From NCBI GenBank assembly GCA_963740355.1, contig CAVUDW010000003.1, positions 1,408,001 to 1,472,000 of the forward strand: a stretch of DNA of 64,000 nucleotides. Direction: 5' to 3'. Positions within the stretch are counted from its first letter, which is position 1; every line of letters begins with the position of its first letter. The translations under genes were made by a program, and so were the position numbers. The DNA is from an uncultured Gemmatimonadaceae bacterium. Its GTDB lineage: Bacteria; Gemmatimonadota; Gemmatimonadetes; Gemmatimonadales; Gemmatimonadaceae. Below, in pieces: positions 30,209-38,643 of this stretch. The notes under the pieces are model-generated. The model worked only from the letters and a program-made list of their open reading frames with translations, did not search any database and had not been told where the DNA came from.

Positions 30209-30778
30209 TTGGATCGGACCGATTCCGACGTCACTCGGCTGCTCGCGGCCCTCGCCAACGGCGAACCGCAGGCCATGGATCACCTGCTCCCGGTGATCTA
30301 CGACGAGTTGAAGCGCCTCGCCGCGTCCCAATTGCGACGCGAGCGCGACGAGCACACCCTCGGTGCCACCGCACTGGTGCACGAGGCCTTCCTCAAGCTC
30401 GTCGACCAGCGTGCGGTCGATTGGCGCGGTCGATCGCACTTCTTCGGCATCGCCGCGCAAGCGATGCGCCGCATCCTCGTCGATCACGCACGTCGGCGCA
30501 CGGCGGGCAAGCGGTCCCGCGATCAACAGGTCACACTCGACGAAGCGGCACCGATCGCCGCCGATTCCGACAGCGACGAAATTCTCGGTGTGCACGAAGC
30601 GCTCGAACGACTGGCGCTGCTCGATGAACGTCAGGCAAAGCTGGTCGAGATGCGCTACTTCGCCGGCTTCACGCTCGACGAAGCGGCCGAGTTGCTCGGT
30701 ATCTCGCCGGCCACGGCCTATCGCGACTGGGCGGTGGCGCGTGCCTGGCTGCAACGCGAACTCGCACCAGACGCCTGA
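30209..30778 (+). CDS. ECF sigma factor, TIGR02999-like (kinase-associated)
   Basis: DVTRLL, YDELKRLA, TALVHEAFLKL, HFFGIAAQAMRRILVDHAR, RDWAVARAWL. Start uncertain (TTG 30209). Confidence 0.9.
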   Translation: MDRTDSDVTRLLAALANGEPQAMDHLLPVIYDELKRLAASQLRRERDEHTLGATALVHEAFLKLVDQRAVDWRGRSHFFGIAAQAMRRILVDHARRRTAGKRSRDQQVTLDEAAPIAADSDSDEILGVHEALERLALLDERQAKLVEMRYFAGFTLDEAAELLGISPATAYRDWAVARAWLQRELAPDA

Positions 30779-30793
30779 GGCGATCGCATCATC

Positions 30794-33283
30794 ATGGCGA
30801 TCGACGCACAACGCTGGGCGCAGGTCTCGTCGATCTTCGGCGACCTGCTCGCACTCTCCACCGCGGAGCGCGAAGCGCAGATCGGCGCGATCGAGGATGA
30901 CGACGTGCGGCGCGAAGTGCGCTCGCTTCTGGCCGCCGATGCTGGTGCCGCGGGTCGATTCGAGCGCGCACCAACCATCACCTCCGACGGCGCCACCACC
31001 ATCGGCCCTCGTCCCACGGCCGGACAACGAATCGGCGCCTGGCGCATCATCCGGCTGATCGGCGAAGGTGGCATGGGCGCCGTCTTCGAAGCCGTGCGCG
31101 ACGACAGCGGATTCACCAAGCGCGCCGCGCTGAAGATGGTGGGACGTGGGGCCACCGACAGCGCACTGATCCCGCGCTTCGAAGCCGAGCGTCGCATCCT
31201 CGCGAGGCTCGAGCACCGCAACATCGCGGCACTGCTCGACGGCGGTGTGGACGAGGACGGTCGCCCCTGGTTCGCGCTCGAATACGTGGAGGGGGAACGC
31301 ATCGATCGGTGGTGTGATGCACGCGGGCTCGATCTTCGCTCGCGCGTGCAGATCTTCCGCCAGGCCTGCAGCGCCGTGCAGTACGCGCATGAGCGCCTGA
31401 TCGTGCACCGCGACATCAAGCCAGCCAACATGCTGGTGGCGGCCGACGGCACGCTCAAGCTGCTCGACTTCGGGATCGCCAAGCTCACCGACGACAGCGA
31501 AAACGCGCTGACCGAGTTCGGTCCCGCGCCCATGACTGCGGCGTACGCCAGCCCTGAACAACGCGCCGGCAAGCCACTCACGACCGCCACCGACATCTAC
31601 TCGCTGGGTGTCGTGTTGTACGAATTGTTGACCGGGCTTCGCCCCAATGCGTTGTCCGCCAGTGAAAGCACACCGGCGCTGCCGAGCCGCCGACTGGCTG
31701 ATGCGGACGATGCCGCACCGGTCACCGCCGACGCATCGGCGCGCCGACGCGTGAGTCGTTCGTTGCAAGGAGAACTGGACGCGATCGTGATGATGGCGTT
31801 GCGGCCCGAACCCGATCGCCGCTATGCCAGTGCCGAGGAACTAGGGCGCGACCTGCAACGGTGGCTGGAAGGGCGGACAGTGCGCGCACAGCCCGACACA
31901 CTCGGCTATCGCACAGGGAATTTCATCCGTCGCAATCGACTCGCAGTGGCTGGTGTTGCGGTGGGCGTGGTGGCGCTGATCGCCGGCACGGTGGTCAGCA
32001 TCCGGCAGGCGTCGGTGGCGCGCACCGAACGCGATCGGGCACGGGTGGAGCAGGCACGCACACAACGGGTGGCCGAGTTCTTCCAGCAGGTGTTCGCACA
32101 GGCCACGCCCCGTGAAGGGGGCCGCGCGCTGACGGTGGTCGAGGCACTCGATCGAGCGATCCCGATGATCGACTCCGCGTTCATTCGCGAGCCCGACTTG
32201 CTGGCGTCGGTGAAGTTGTCGGTCGGCTCCACGTTGCAGAACATGGAGCAGCACGAGAAGGCACGACCGCTCTTGCAGGCGGCGTACGACTACTTCCGCC
32301 AGCACGACGGCAGCCAGCCATCGCGCAACCAGACCGACGCCATGTGGGAACTGGCGAACCTTGCTCGGCAGGATGGGCGCACTGCGGAAGCGGAATCGTT
32401 GTACGTGCGGCTGGCGACCATCTATCGGACGCAGCCTGGGTACGCACCGAACGATCCGATCCTCTCGCTGCTCCGGATTGCGGGGCTGCGCATCGATGCG
32501 GGTGACCTGCCGGGAGCGGTGGCCGCCTACGACTCGCTGATTCCGCGACTAGTGCAGTTGAATCGCACCGACTCCCTGGACCTCGCCGCGAACCTCGGCT
32601 CGCGCGGGACTGCGTTGGTCGCACTGGGTCGTTTCGAGCGCGCCACCAAGGACTTCGCCGCCTGCATCGCGCTCGATGACAAGCTCCTCGGCGCTGACAG
32701 CTTTGCGACCGGTGAAGTGTTGCAGCCTTATGCTGGTGCAATGCTTTTCACCGGGCGACTGGTGGTCGCCGAATCGCTGGCGCGTCGTTCAGTCGCGATC
32801 TCGCGCCGCGAGTTCGGTGAGGCGGCGACGGGCACCCTGGCGGCGAAGCGAATGCTCGGCACCATCCTGGTGGCGGCCGATCGCTGTGCCGATGCCACGC
32901 CTGTCTTCAGCGAGATCCTGTCGCATCGCGGGTCCGGGATTCCAGACACCGATCCCAGCATCGGGTATGCGTTGGCACACCGCGGCTACTGTCGTGCGCG
33001 CGATGGACAGACGACGGCGGGGATTGCGGATGCGCGCTCAGGGCTGCAGCTCACGCGCACCGTCTTCGGCGACAAGCACTACATCTACTTTCTGGCCGAG
33101 AGTCTGACCGGCGCCGCGATTGGTTTCGGCCCTGCGAGCGGTCGTGCAGAGGCGGAGCGCATGCTGCGCGATGCTGCCGAGGGGCTGCGGAAGGCGCTCG
33201 ATGCCGCGCATCCGCGGGTGCGGGACGCCGACGCACGGATGGCGGAGTTCCGGCGACGCACGGGTGTGTCAGAGAAGGGCTGA
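30794..33283 (+). CDS. Ser/Thr protein kinase with TM and TPR-like C-terminus (ECF-associated)
   Basis: GEGGMG, AALK, HRDIKPAN, DFG, YASPE, DIYSLG; TM after the kinase domain, then helical repeats. Confidence 0.93.
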   Translation: MAIDAQRWAQVSSIFGDLLALSTAEREAQIGAIEDDDVRREVRSLLAADAGAAGRFERAPTITSDGATTIGPRPTAGQRIGAWRIIRLIGEGGMGAVFEAVRDDSGFTKRAALKMVGRGATDSALIPRFEAERRILARLEHRNIAALLDGGVDEDGRPWFALEYVEGERIDRWCDARGLDLRSRVQIFRQACSAVQYAHERLIVHRDIKPANMLVAADGTLKLLDFGIAKLTDDSENALTEFGPAPMTAAYASPEQRAGKPLTTATDIYSLGVVLYELLTGLRPNALSASESTPALPSRRLADADDAAPVTADASARRRVSRSLQGELDAIVMMALRPEPDRRYASAEELGRDLQRWLEGRTVRAQPDTLGYRTGNFIRRNRLAVAGVAVGVVALIAGTVVSIRQASVARTERDRARVEQARTQRVAEFFQQVFAQATPREGGRALTVVEALDRAIPMIDSAFIREPDLLASVKLSVGSTLQNMEQHEKARPLLQAAYDYFRQHDGSQPSRNQTDAMWELANLARQDGRTAEAESLYVRLATIYRTQPGYAPNDPILSLLRIAGLRIDAGDLPGAVAAYDSLIPRLVQLNRTDSLDLAANLGSRGTALVALGRFERATKDFAACIALDDKLLGADSFATGEVLQPYAGAMLFTGRLVVAESLARRSVAISRREFGEAATGTLAAKRMLGTILVAADRCADATPVFSEILSHRGSGIPDTDPSIGYALAHRGYCRARDGQTTAGIADARSGLQLTRTVFGDKHYIYFLAESLTGAAIGFGPASGRAEAERMLRDAAEGLRKALDAAHPRVRDADARMAEFRRRTGVSEKG

Positions 33284-33419
33284 CGCAACATCGCGGGTAA
33301 CGAGCGCCCTAGTGGTGGCCGCCGTCGAGCGAAAGGAATTCTGGTGCGGTGAGAGGTTGTCGAGCCGACCTGCGCGTGAAGGAGTGGATCGTATTTCACC
33401 CTTCCGGCTCGAGGTTCGC

Positions 33420-34541
33420 ATGTCGTCACATCGGTTGTCTTCACGGTGGCTGCCCACTCGCACGACGCCGCTCGCGGCAGTGTTGCTCATGCTGACGACG
33501 CTCGCCGGGTGTGGAGGCGGTGGCGGCGACACCACCCAGCCGCCGCCGCCATCAGCCACCGTGGGATCACTCACGGTGAGCATCGCAGGTCTGCCGGCCG
33601 ACGTCACACCGGCAGTCACGGTGACCGGTCCGGCAGGCTATACGCAGACGTTCGGTGCAACGCGCACACTCACTGGTCTGACGCCCGGTGCCTACACCGT
33701 CACCGGTGCCAACATCGCCGATCGCAGCGTGGGCTATGCGGCACCCGTCGCCAACGCGACGGTCACGGCTGGAGGCAGCGCGTCGGCCAGCGCCGCGTAC
33801 AGCCTTCGGATTCTCGCGCGCACGACCACCAACCGCACCGATGAATCGACGTCGCCGCGCCTCAAGGTCTTTTACGCGCTGCCGAGTGATGGCACGGACC
33901 GCAATCTCGACACCGATGGCACGCTGCATCGCACGGTGAGCAGCGGCCAGCGCTGGCTTGCGTCACAAACCGCCGGCCGCTCCATCCGTTACGACGTGGC
34001 CGACGGTGGGCTCGACATCACCTTCGTTCGCCTGCCGCGAAACGACGCCGCGTACTACAGCTACAACACGCAAATTCGTGATTCGATCGAAAAGGACCTG
34101 CGCGCGGCGGGGTGGACGCAGGCCAACGTGATGCTGCTGGTCTACTACGACGGTCGGCATGTCGATCGATGCGCATCAGCGGCATGGCCACCCAACTTCC
34201 CCGGTACGGTGGGCGTCCTCTACCTGAAAGGCCTCCCGAACGGGCCGATTCCTTGCGCCAGCAACCAGTTCGCCGCCTCTCCGACTGCGGCACCGGGCTA
34301 TTTGGAGTACCTCGCCCAACACGAGGTCTTCCACCTGCTGGGCGTGGTGAGCACCGGCGCTCCCAACCATGCACTCTCGGGTCACGTCAGTAATGATCCA
34401 ACCGACTTGATGTACGCCGGTAACCTCGGCTGGCGACCCTCGACGGTCGATGTGACGAAAACGAACTACTACAACGCCGCGGGGCTGCCGGGCACGGTGA
34501 CGAACTTCATCAATTCGCCGTACGTCGTGGCGGTGCCGTAG
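33420..34541 (+). CDS. Lipoprotein with Ig-like N-terminus and zincin-like (HExxH) domain
   Basis: Lipobox LAGC; QHEVFHLLG...H....H...DLMY. Confidence 0.7.
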   Translation: MSSHRLSSRWLPTRTTPLAAVLLMLTTLAGCGGGGGDTTQPPPPSATVGSLTVSIAGLPADVTPAVTVTGPAGYTQTFGATRTLTGLTPGAYTVTGANIADRSVGYAAPVANATVTAGGSASASAAYSLRILARTTTNRTDESTSPRLKVFYALPSDGTDRNLDTDGTLHRTVSSGQRWLASQTAGRSIRYDVADGGLDITFVRLPRNDAAYYSYNTQIRDSIEKDLRAAGWTQANVMLLVYYDGRHVDRCASAAWPPNFPGTVGVLYLKGLPNGPIPCASNQFAASPTAAPGYLEYLAQHEVFHLLGVVSTGAPNHALSGHVSNDPTDLMYAGNLGWRPSTVDVTKTNYYNAAGLPGTVTNFINSPYVVAVP

Positions 34542-34691
34542 GCTGGTCGTCTGACGGGTGCCAATCCTCAGGTCGAGAAGATTCGACCTCGCAGGGCATG
34601 CTCGGTGTTCGTGGCATCGGCTCGCGCCGATACTCGCACACTGAGCCTCGCCCATTCGGGGATGCGGCATCCTTCAACGCTCGTGAAAGCC

Positions 34692-35342
34692 ATGCAGTCG
34701 GAAGACCTCACCGCGACCGAGGCGGAACAGGCGCATGACGCCGAGGCCAGCATCGCTGCCGTTGCGCAGTCAGCGGTAGTTGAGACTGTTGACGCCGCGG
34801 TCGATCACGGCGTCGATCGCACTGTGGATCGCACCTGGCGCGCGCGTCCGCGGCTCGCCGCGCTCGCCACACGACCGGTCTTCCTCGCGCTGGCCGGCAC
34901 CGCGACCTGCATCCTGATCGCCCGTGGCACCGGCATCTACGCCAGTGCACACGGCGTGGCCACGTGGGACTCGATCGCATTCCTGGCGCGCGTGGTGGCC
35001 ATCGGCTGCCTCGCCTGGACGGCGGCATACCTGAGCTTCCGTGGCGCTGCGCTGCTCAACACCAGCTACGAACTCTCCGACGACCTGCTGGTGCTGCACA
35101 CTGGCGTATTCCGTCGCCGCGCGCATCACATCCCTCTGCGGATGGTCGTGGATGCCACGGTGGACACTGCACGGTGGGAGCGAATGTTCGGCTGTGGCAC
35201 CGTGATCGTGCACTCACGCGATCGGCGTGCGCCGCTGGCGCGACTGGTCGGTGTGACCACGACCGGTGCGCTTGCCGATGATGTGCTGGACCGCGCGACC
35301 GCGGCCCGTCGCGCGGCAGACGCGGTCTTCCTGCTGGACTGA
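34692..35342 (+). CDS. Membrane protein with bacterial PH (bPH_2/DUF304) domain
   Basis: Two TM segments, then TSYELSDD.LVLHTGVF, IPL..V, ERMFGCGTV. Confidence 0.75.
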   Translation: MQSEDLTATEAEQAHDAEASIAAVAQSAVVETVDAAVDHGVDRTVDRTWRARPRLAALATRPVFLALAGTATCILIARGTGIYASAHGVATWDSIAFLARVVAIGCLAWTAAYLSFRGAALLNTSYELSDDLLVLHTGVFRRRAHHIPLRMVVDATVDTARWERMFGCGTVIVHSRDRRAPLARLVGVTTTGALADDVLDRATAARRAADAVFLLD

Positions 35343-35426
35343 GGCGCCGTCAATCGATGAAGACATCACCGCGGACCTGCGTGTAGAGCGCAGGTCCGCG
35401 GTCCCTTTTCTGGTCGTACCGTTCAA

Positions 35427-36890
35427 TCAGCGGTGGCTCGTCAACAACGCCCTGATCTGCGACAGGCTCTGCTCATTCTGTAGCTGCCCATCCCGGAAGA
35501 CGGTCTTCAACTCGCAGTCGTTGACCTCTGCCCACGTGGCCTGGTCCTTCAGCACATATCGTCCGTCAGCATCCTTGAAGACGGCTGTCAGCCCCTTCGC
35601 GCTCCGCTTCGTGCCGTCGTCGGTCTTCGGTGCCTTGAAGATCTCGCGATCTTCGCCCTTCACCACTGCGAACGTCGCCTTGGCCGCATAGCCATCCGTA
35701 TCACGCGTGACGCACTGATAGGTGTACGAGCCGATGCCGAAGACAATGTTGGTGCTGGCGAATCCCTTTGCCTTCAGCCCTTCGCAGATCGCTTCGGCCC
35801 GCTCCATCGTGATCGAGTCACCGTAGATCAGGCCGACGTGCGGGTCCAGTACCCGGTAGCCCTGTGTGCTCATCGTCCCGCCGAACACCTCCCAGAGACA
35901 CTCGATCGCCCCCTTGTACTCCGGCGAGCCGACTGGTGCCGCGGGATCACCGCAGACGATCAGCACCGGATCGCCCGTATCGGGGCGGAAGACGACCTTG
36001 CCATCGCGCGCCAGGATCTGCGACTTGAGCGTCACGGTGTACTCCGTCATCACCTTCCAGAAATCCCAGCTGTCTGACACGATGCTGACGATGCCGGCCG
36101 GATAGACCTCGGTGATCAACCGGGTGAAGGTCCCGATCTCGTCCGACATGCCGCCGGCACACATCACGCTGTGCTCCGTGGCCGCCACGCTGCCACCGAT
36201 CAATTCCTTGTCGGCATCGGCGCCGTAGAACTCCTCCAGAAAGTCGATCGCTGGAATGGTGTCGGTGCCCGTGAACGAGGTGAGGTGCGCTGCACCACTC
36301 ATCCGCGCGGCCTCGAACCCGAACATGCCACGGAACGAAAAGTCATGCCCCTGCCACGGAACGAAGCTCGCATCACCAACCGTCTCGATGGCGTACTTCG
36401 TCAACAGGATCTTGAAGTAGTACGCGGTCGTGGCGCTGGTACTTGGACCCCACAGCGTCGTGGACAGGATCGTTTCGAGATAGTTCGTGAGCCAGAAGAA
36501 GCGCTCGTCGGTGTTGAAGATCACCAGTTGCGGCACCCGAAGCGGAATCAGGCTGCCCTCTGGCAAGGCCATGATGCAGATCGGCAGGAAGCCAAGCTCA
36601 TGGAGCGCCGCCACGTGCTCCGAGCCGACCGCGTTCGGACCGAGGTAGCTGTCGATGCGTCGCGTGAACTTTCGCACCACGGCATCACGTGGCTGGCTGA
36701 AGAAATCGTCGTTCCACTGACGGACCAGGTATTCCTTGAGGAAATACTGCAGGCCGAAGAACACCACCTGATCAGTCTCCGCGCGACGTGTCTTGCGCGG
36801 AGTGAAGTTGGTGAAGATCAGGCTCGTGCCGTCGGGGTACTGGCGTCTGTGGTCAACCTTGTAGCCATCAATCTGCGTGATCGGATTCAT
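35427..36890 (-). CDS. nadV: Nicotinamide phosphoribosyltransferase-family protein (NadV/NAMPT; possibly Namat-type)
   Basis: DGYKVDH..QYP, NFTPR, FFGLQY, WLTNYLET, HDFSFRG, ATEHSVM, SIVSDSWD, FRPDTGDP, IYGDSI, VFGIGS, KAPKTDDG..SAKG. Confidence 0.9.
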   Translation of the reverse strand: MNPITQIDGYKVDHRRQYPDGTSLIFTNFTPRKTRRAETDQVVFFGLQYFLKEYLVRQWNDDFFSQPRDAVVRKFTRRIDSYLGPNAVGSEHVAALHELGFLPICIMALPEGSLIPLRVPQLVIFNTDERFFWLTNYLETILSTTLWGPSTSATTAYYFKILLTKYAIETVGDASFVPWQGHDFSFRGMFGFEAARMSGAAHLTSFTGTDTIPAIDFLEEFYGADADKELIGGSVAATEHSVMCAGGMSDEIGTFTRLITEVYPAGIVSIVSDSWDFWKVMTEYTVTLKSQILARDGKVVFRPDTGDPVLIVCGDPAAPVGSPEYKGAIECLWEVFGGTMSTQGYRVLDPHVGLIYGDSITMERAEAICEGLKAKGFASTNIVFGIGSYTYQCVTRDTDGYAAKATFAVVKGEDREIFKAPKTDDGTKRSAKGLTAVFKDADGRYVLKDQATWAEVNDCELKTVFRDGQLQNEQSLSQIRALLTSHR

Positions 36891-36959
36891 CTATCGCTCA
36901 GGGTGAAGGAATGACTGCCCATTTCAGATTCGCCGCGTTTCCATTGCTGCGTCCGTTCC

Positions 36960-37778
36960 TCAGAGGTCCAGCGGGAAGACCGAGATGGTGTCCGGGTACT
37001 CCGACTGCGGCTTGAACGAGTCGGTCGTGCCGATCGAGGCGAATCGGGCCAACAGCGCGTCATGACCTTTCGCAAAGATCCCGTGCGACACGAAGAGGTG
37101 ATTCTCCCTCGACCCCGCCGCGGTCAACGCGTCGGCAAGATTGAGGAAGGTGCCACCACCGTCACAGATGTCATCGACGATCACGCACACCCTGCCCTGC
37201 ACATCGCCAAGCACCGTCGGCGCCGCGAGCGAACCGTCTTCCAGGTTGCGACTCTTGGTCGCCACGATCACGTCGGCGCCAATCGTGGTGGCTAGACGTG
37301 ACGTCTTCTTGTAGGCACCCGCGTCCGGCGCGACCAACACGAAGTCGGACGTGCCAACACGAGTCCGGATGTACTTCGCCGCCATCGCATCGCTGTTGAT
37401 GTTCGTGCAGCGGTCGAGCAAGGCCGGCCCAACATCGGAATGGGCGTCGAAGACCCGCACTTCCCTCAACGCGAGCGCGTTGATCAATCGTGCGAACACC
37501 TTCAGGCTGAAGGGTTCGCCCGGCACCATCACCCGATCCTGCCGGGCGTACGGCAGGTACGGTAGCAGCAGCGTGATCTGGCTGGACGGCACGCCGACGC
37601 GGTCGAGGGCGTCCACTGCCAGCAGCAGTTGCATCACATCATCGCCTGAGCGAATGCGGCAGCGGATCGTCACTTCTGCGTCGGCATCGACCGGCGCGTC
37701 GAGCCGCAGGTGCGTTTCCCCGCCATTGAACGTGAAGGTCGTGAACTCTATGACCTGCGAATCGTGCGAGATATCCAT
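36960..37778 (-). CDS. prs: Ribose-phosphate pyrophosphokinase-like protein (short, non-canonical; possibly Adps-type)
   Basis: FNGGE, YLPYARQDR, DAHS, PDAGA, KSR, VDDICDGGGTF, SHGIF. Confidence 0.85.
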   Translation of the reverse strand: MDISHDSQVIEFTTFTFNGGETHLRLDAPVDADAEVTIRCRIRSGDDVMQLLLAVDALDRVGVPSSQITLLLPYLPYARQDRVMVPGEPFSLKVFARLINALALREVRVFDAHSDVGPALLDRCTNINSDAMAAKYIRTRVGTSDFVLVAPDAGAYKKTSRLATTIGADVIVATKSRNLEDGSLAAPTVLGDVQGRVCVIVDDICDGGGTFLNLADALTAAGSRENHLFVSHGIFAKGHDALLARFASIGTTDSFKPQSEYPDTISVFPLDL

Positions 37779-37829
37779 GGTGTTGGCTGAGAACCTGTCG
37801 TTGCGGAAGGACTGCAGGAACGAGGTGAA

Positions 37830-38521
37830 TCACAGCTCGAACAGAAAACCCTTCTTCTTCAGTCGCTCGTAACGCGCCGGATCAAATCGGAACAGCTGCG
37901 CGGGCCGGTGCGCCCCCGCACGCTCGAACTCCTTCAGTGGCACCAGTAACTCGAAGCCGAGCACCTTCTTGCGGAAGTTTCGCTTGTCGATCTCCGTACC
38001 GAGGACCGCCTCGTAGAGTCGCTGTAGCTGCGAGAGCGTGAACTTCGACGGCAGGAGCTCGAAGCCGATGGGCTGGTAGCGGAGCTTCCCTCGCAACCGC
38101 GTCAGTGCCGCGTCGAGAATCTCCGCGTGATCGAACGCCAGCGCCGGAACCGCAGCGAGAGGAAACCAATGGGCTTCGCTGGCGTCGGTCGCCGCCGTGG
38201 TGACGTGGTCGGTCGGGCTCACCAGCGCGTAGTAGGCCACGCTCACCACCCGCTCCCGCGGGTCGCGATCGCAGGCTGACCGAAGGTGTAGAGCTGCTCG
38301 AGGTAGACGTCGCGCAGGCCCGCTTCCTCTTGCAGCTCACGTCGCGCCGCGTCGTCCACCGTCTCGGTGATACGGACGAACCCGCCCGGTAGCGCCCACT
38401 CGGCATTGAACGGTGCGAGCCCTCGCCGGATCAGCAGGACCTGCAGTTCGCCGCCATCGAACCCGAAGACGACGCAGTCGACGGCCAGTGCCGGTCGCGG
38501 ATGCTTGTAAGTGTTGTTCAC
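37830..38521 (-). CDS. nrtR: NrtR transcriptional regulator (Nudix plus wHTH), one frameshift near 38270
   Basis: Frame 1: [34 protein letters not shown]. Frame 2: [45 protein letters not shown]. Confidence 0.88.
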
Positions 38522-38527
38522 ACACCA

Positions 38528-38556
38528 AGTATAGTGTGCGTCTTACACCAAGTCAA
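38528..38556 (-). promoter_or_regulatory. Sigma70 promoter overlapped by an NrtR operator
   Basis: Minus strand TTGACT (38556-38551), 17-nt spacer, TATACT (38533-38528), 6 nt, GTG. Palindrome ATAGTGT-GCGTCTT-ACACCAA (38531-38551) has the GT-N7-AC NrtR core. Confidence 0.85.
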
Positions 38557-38643
38557 GCACTGGCCCCCAGCTTGTGGTGCAGCCGGCGACACCGCGTGGC
38601 TACCTTCCCCCAATCGCCCGCTCCCAATCGCCGTCGCACACCC

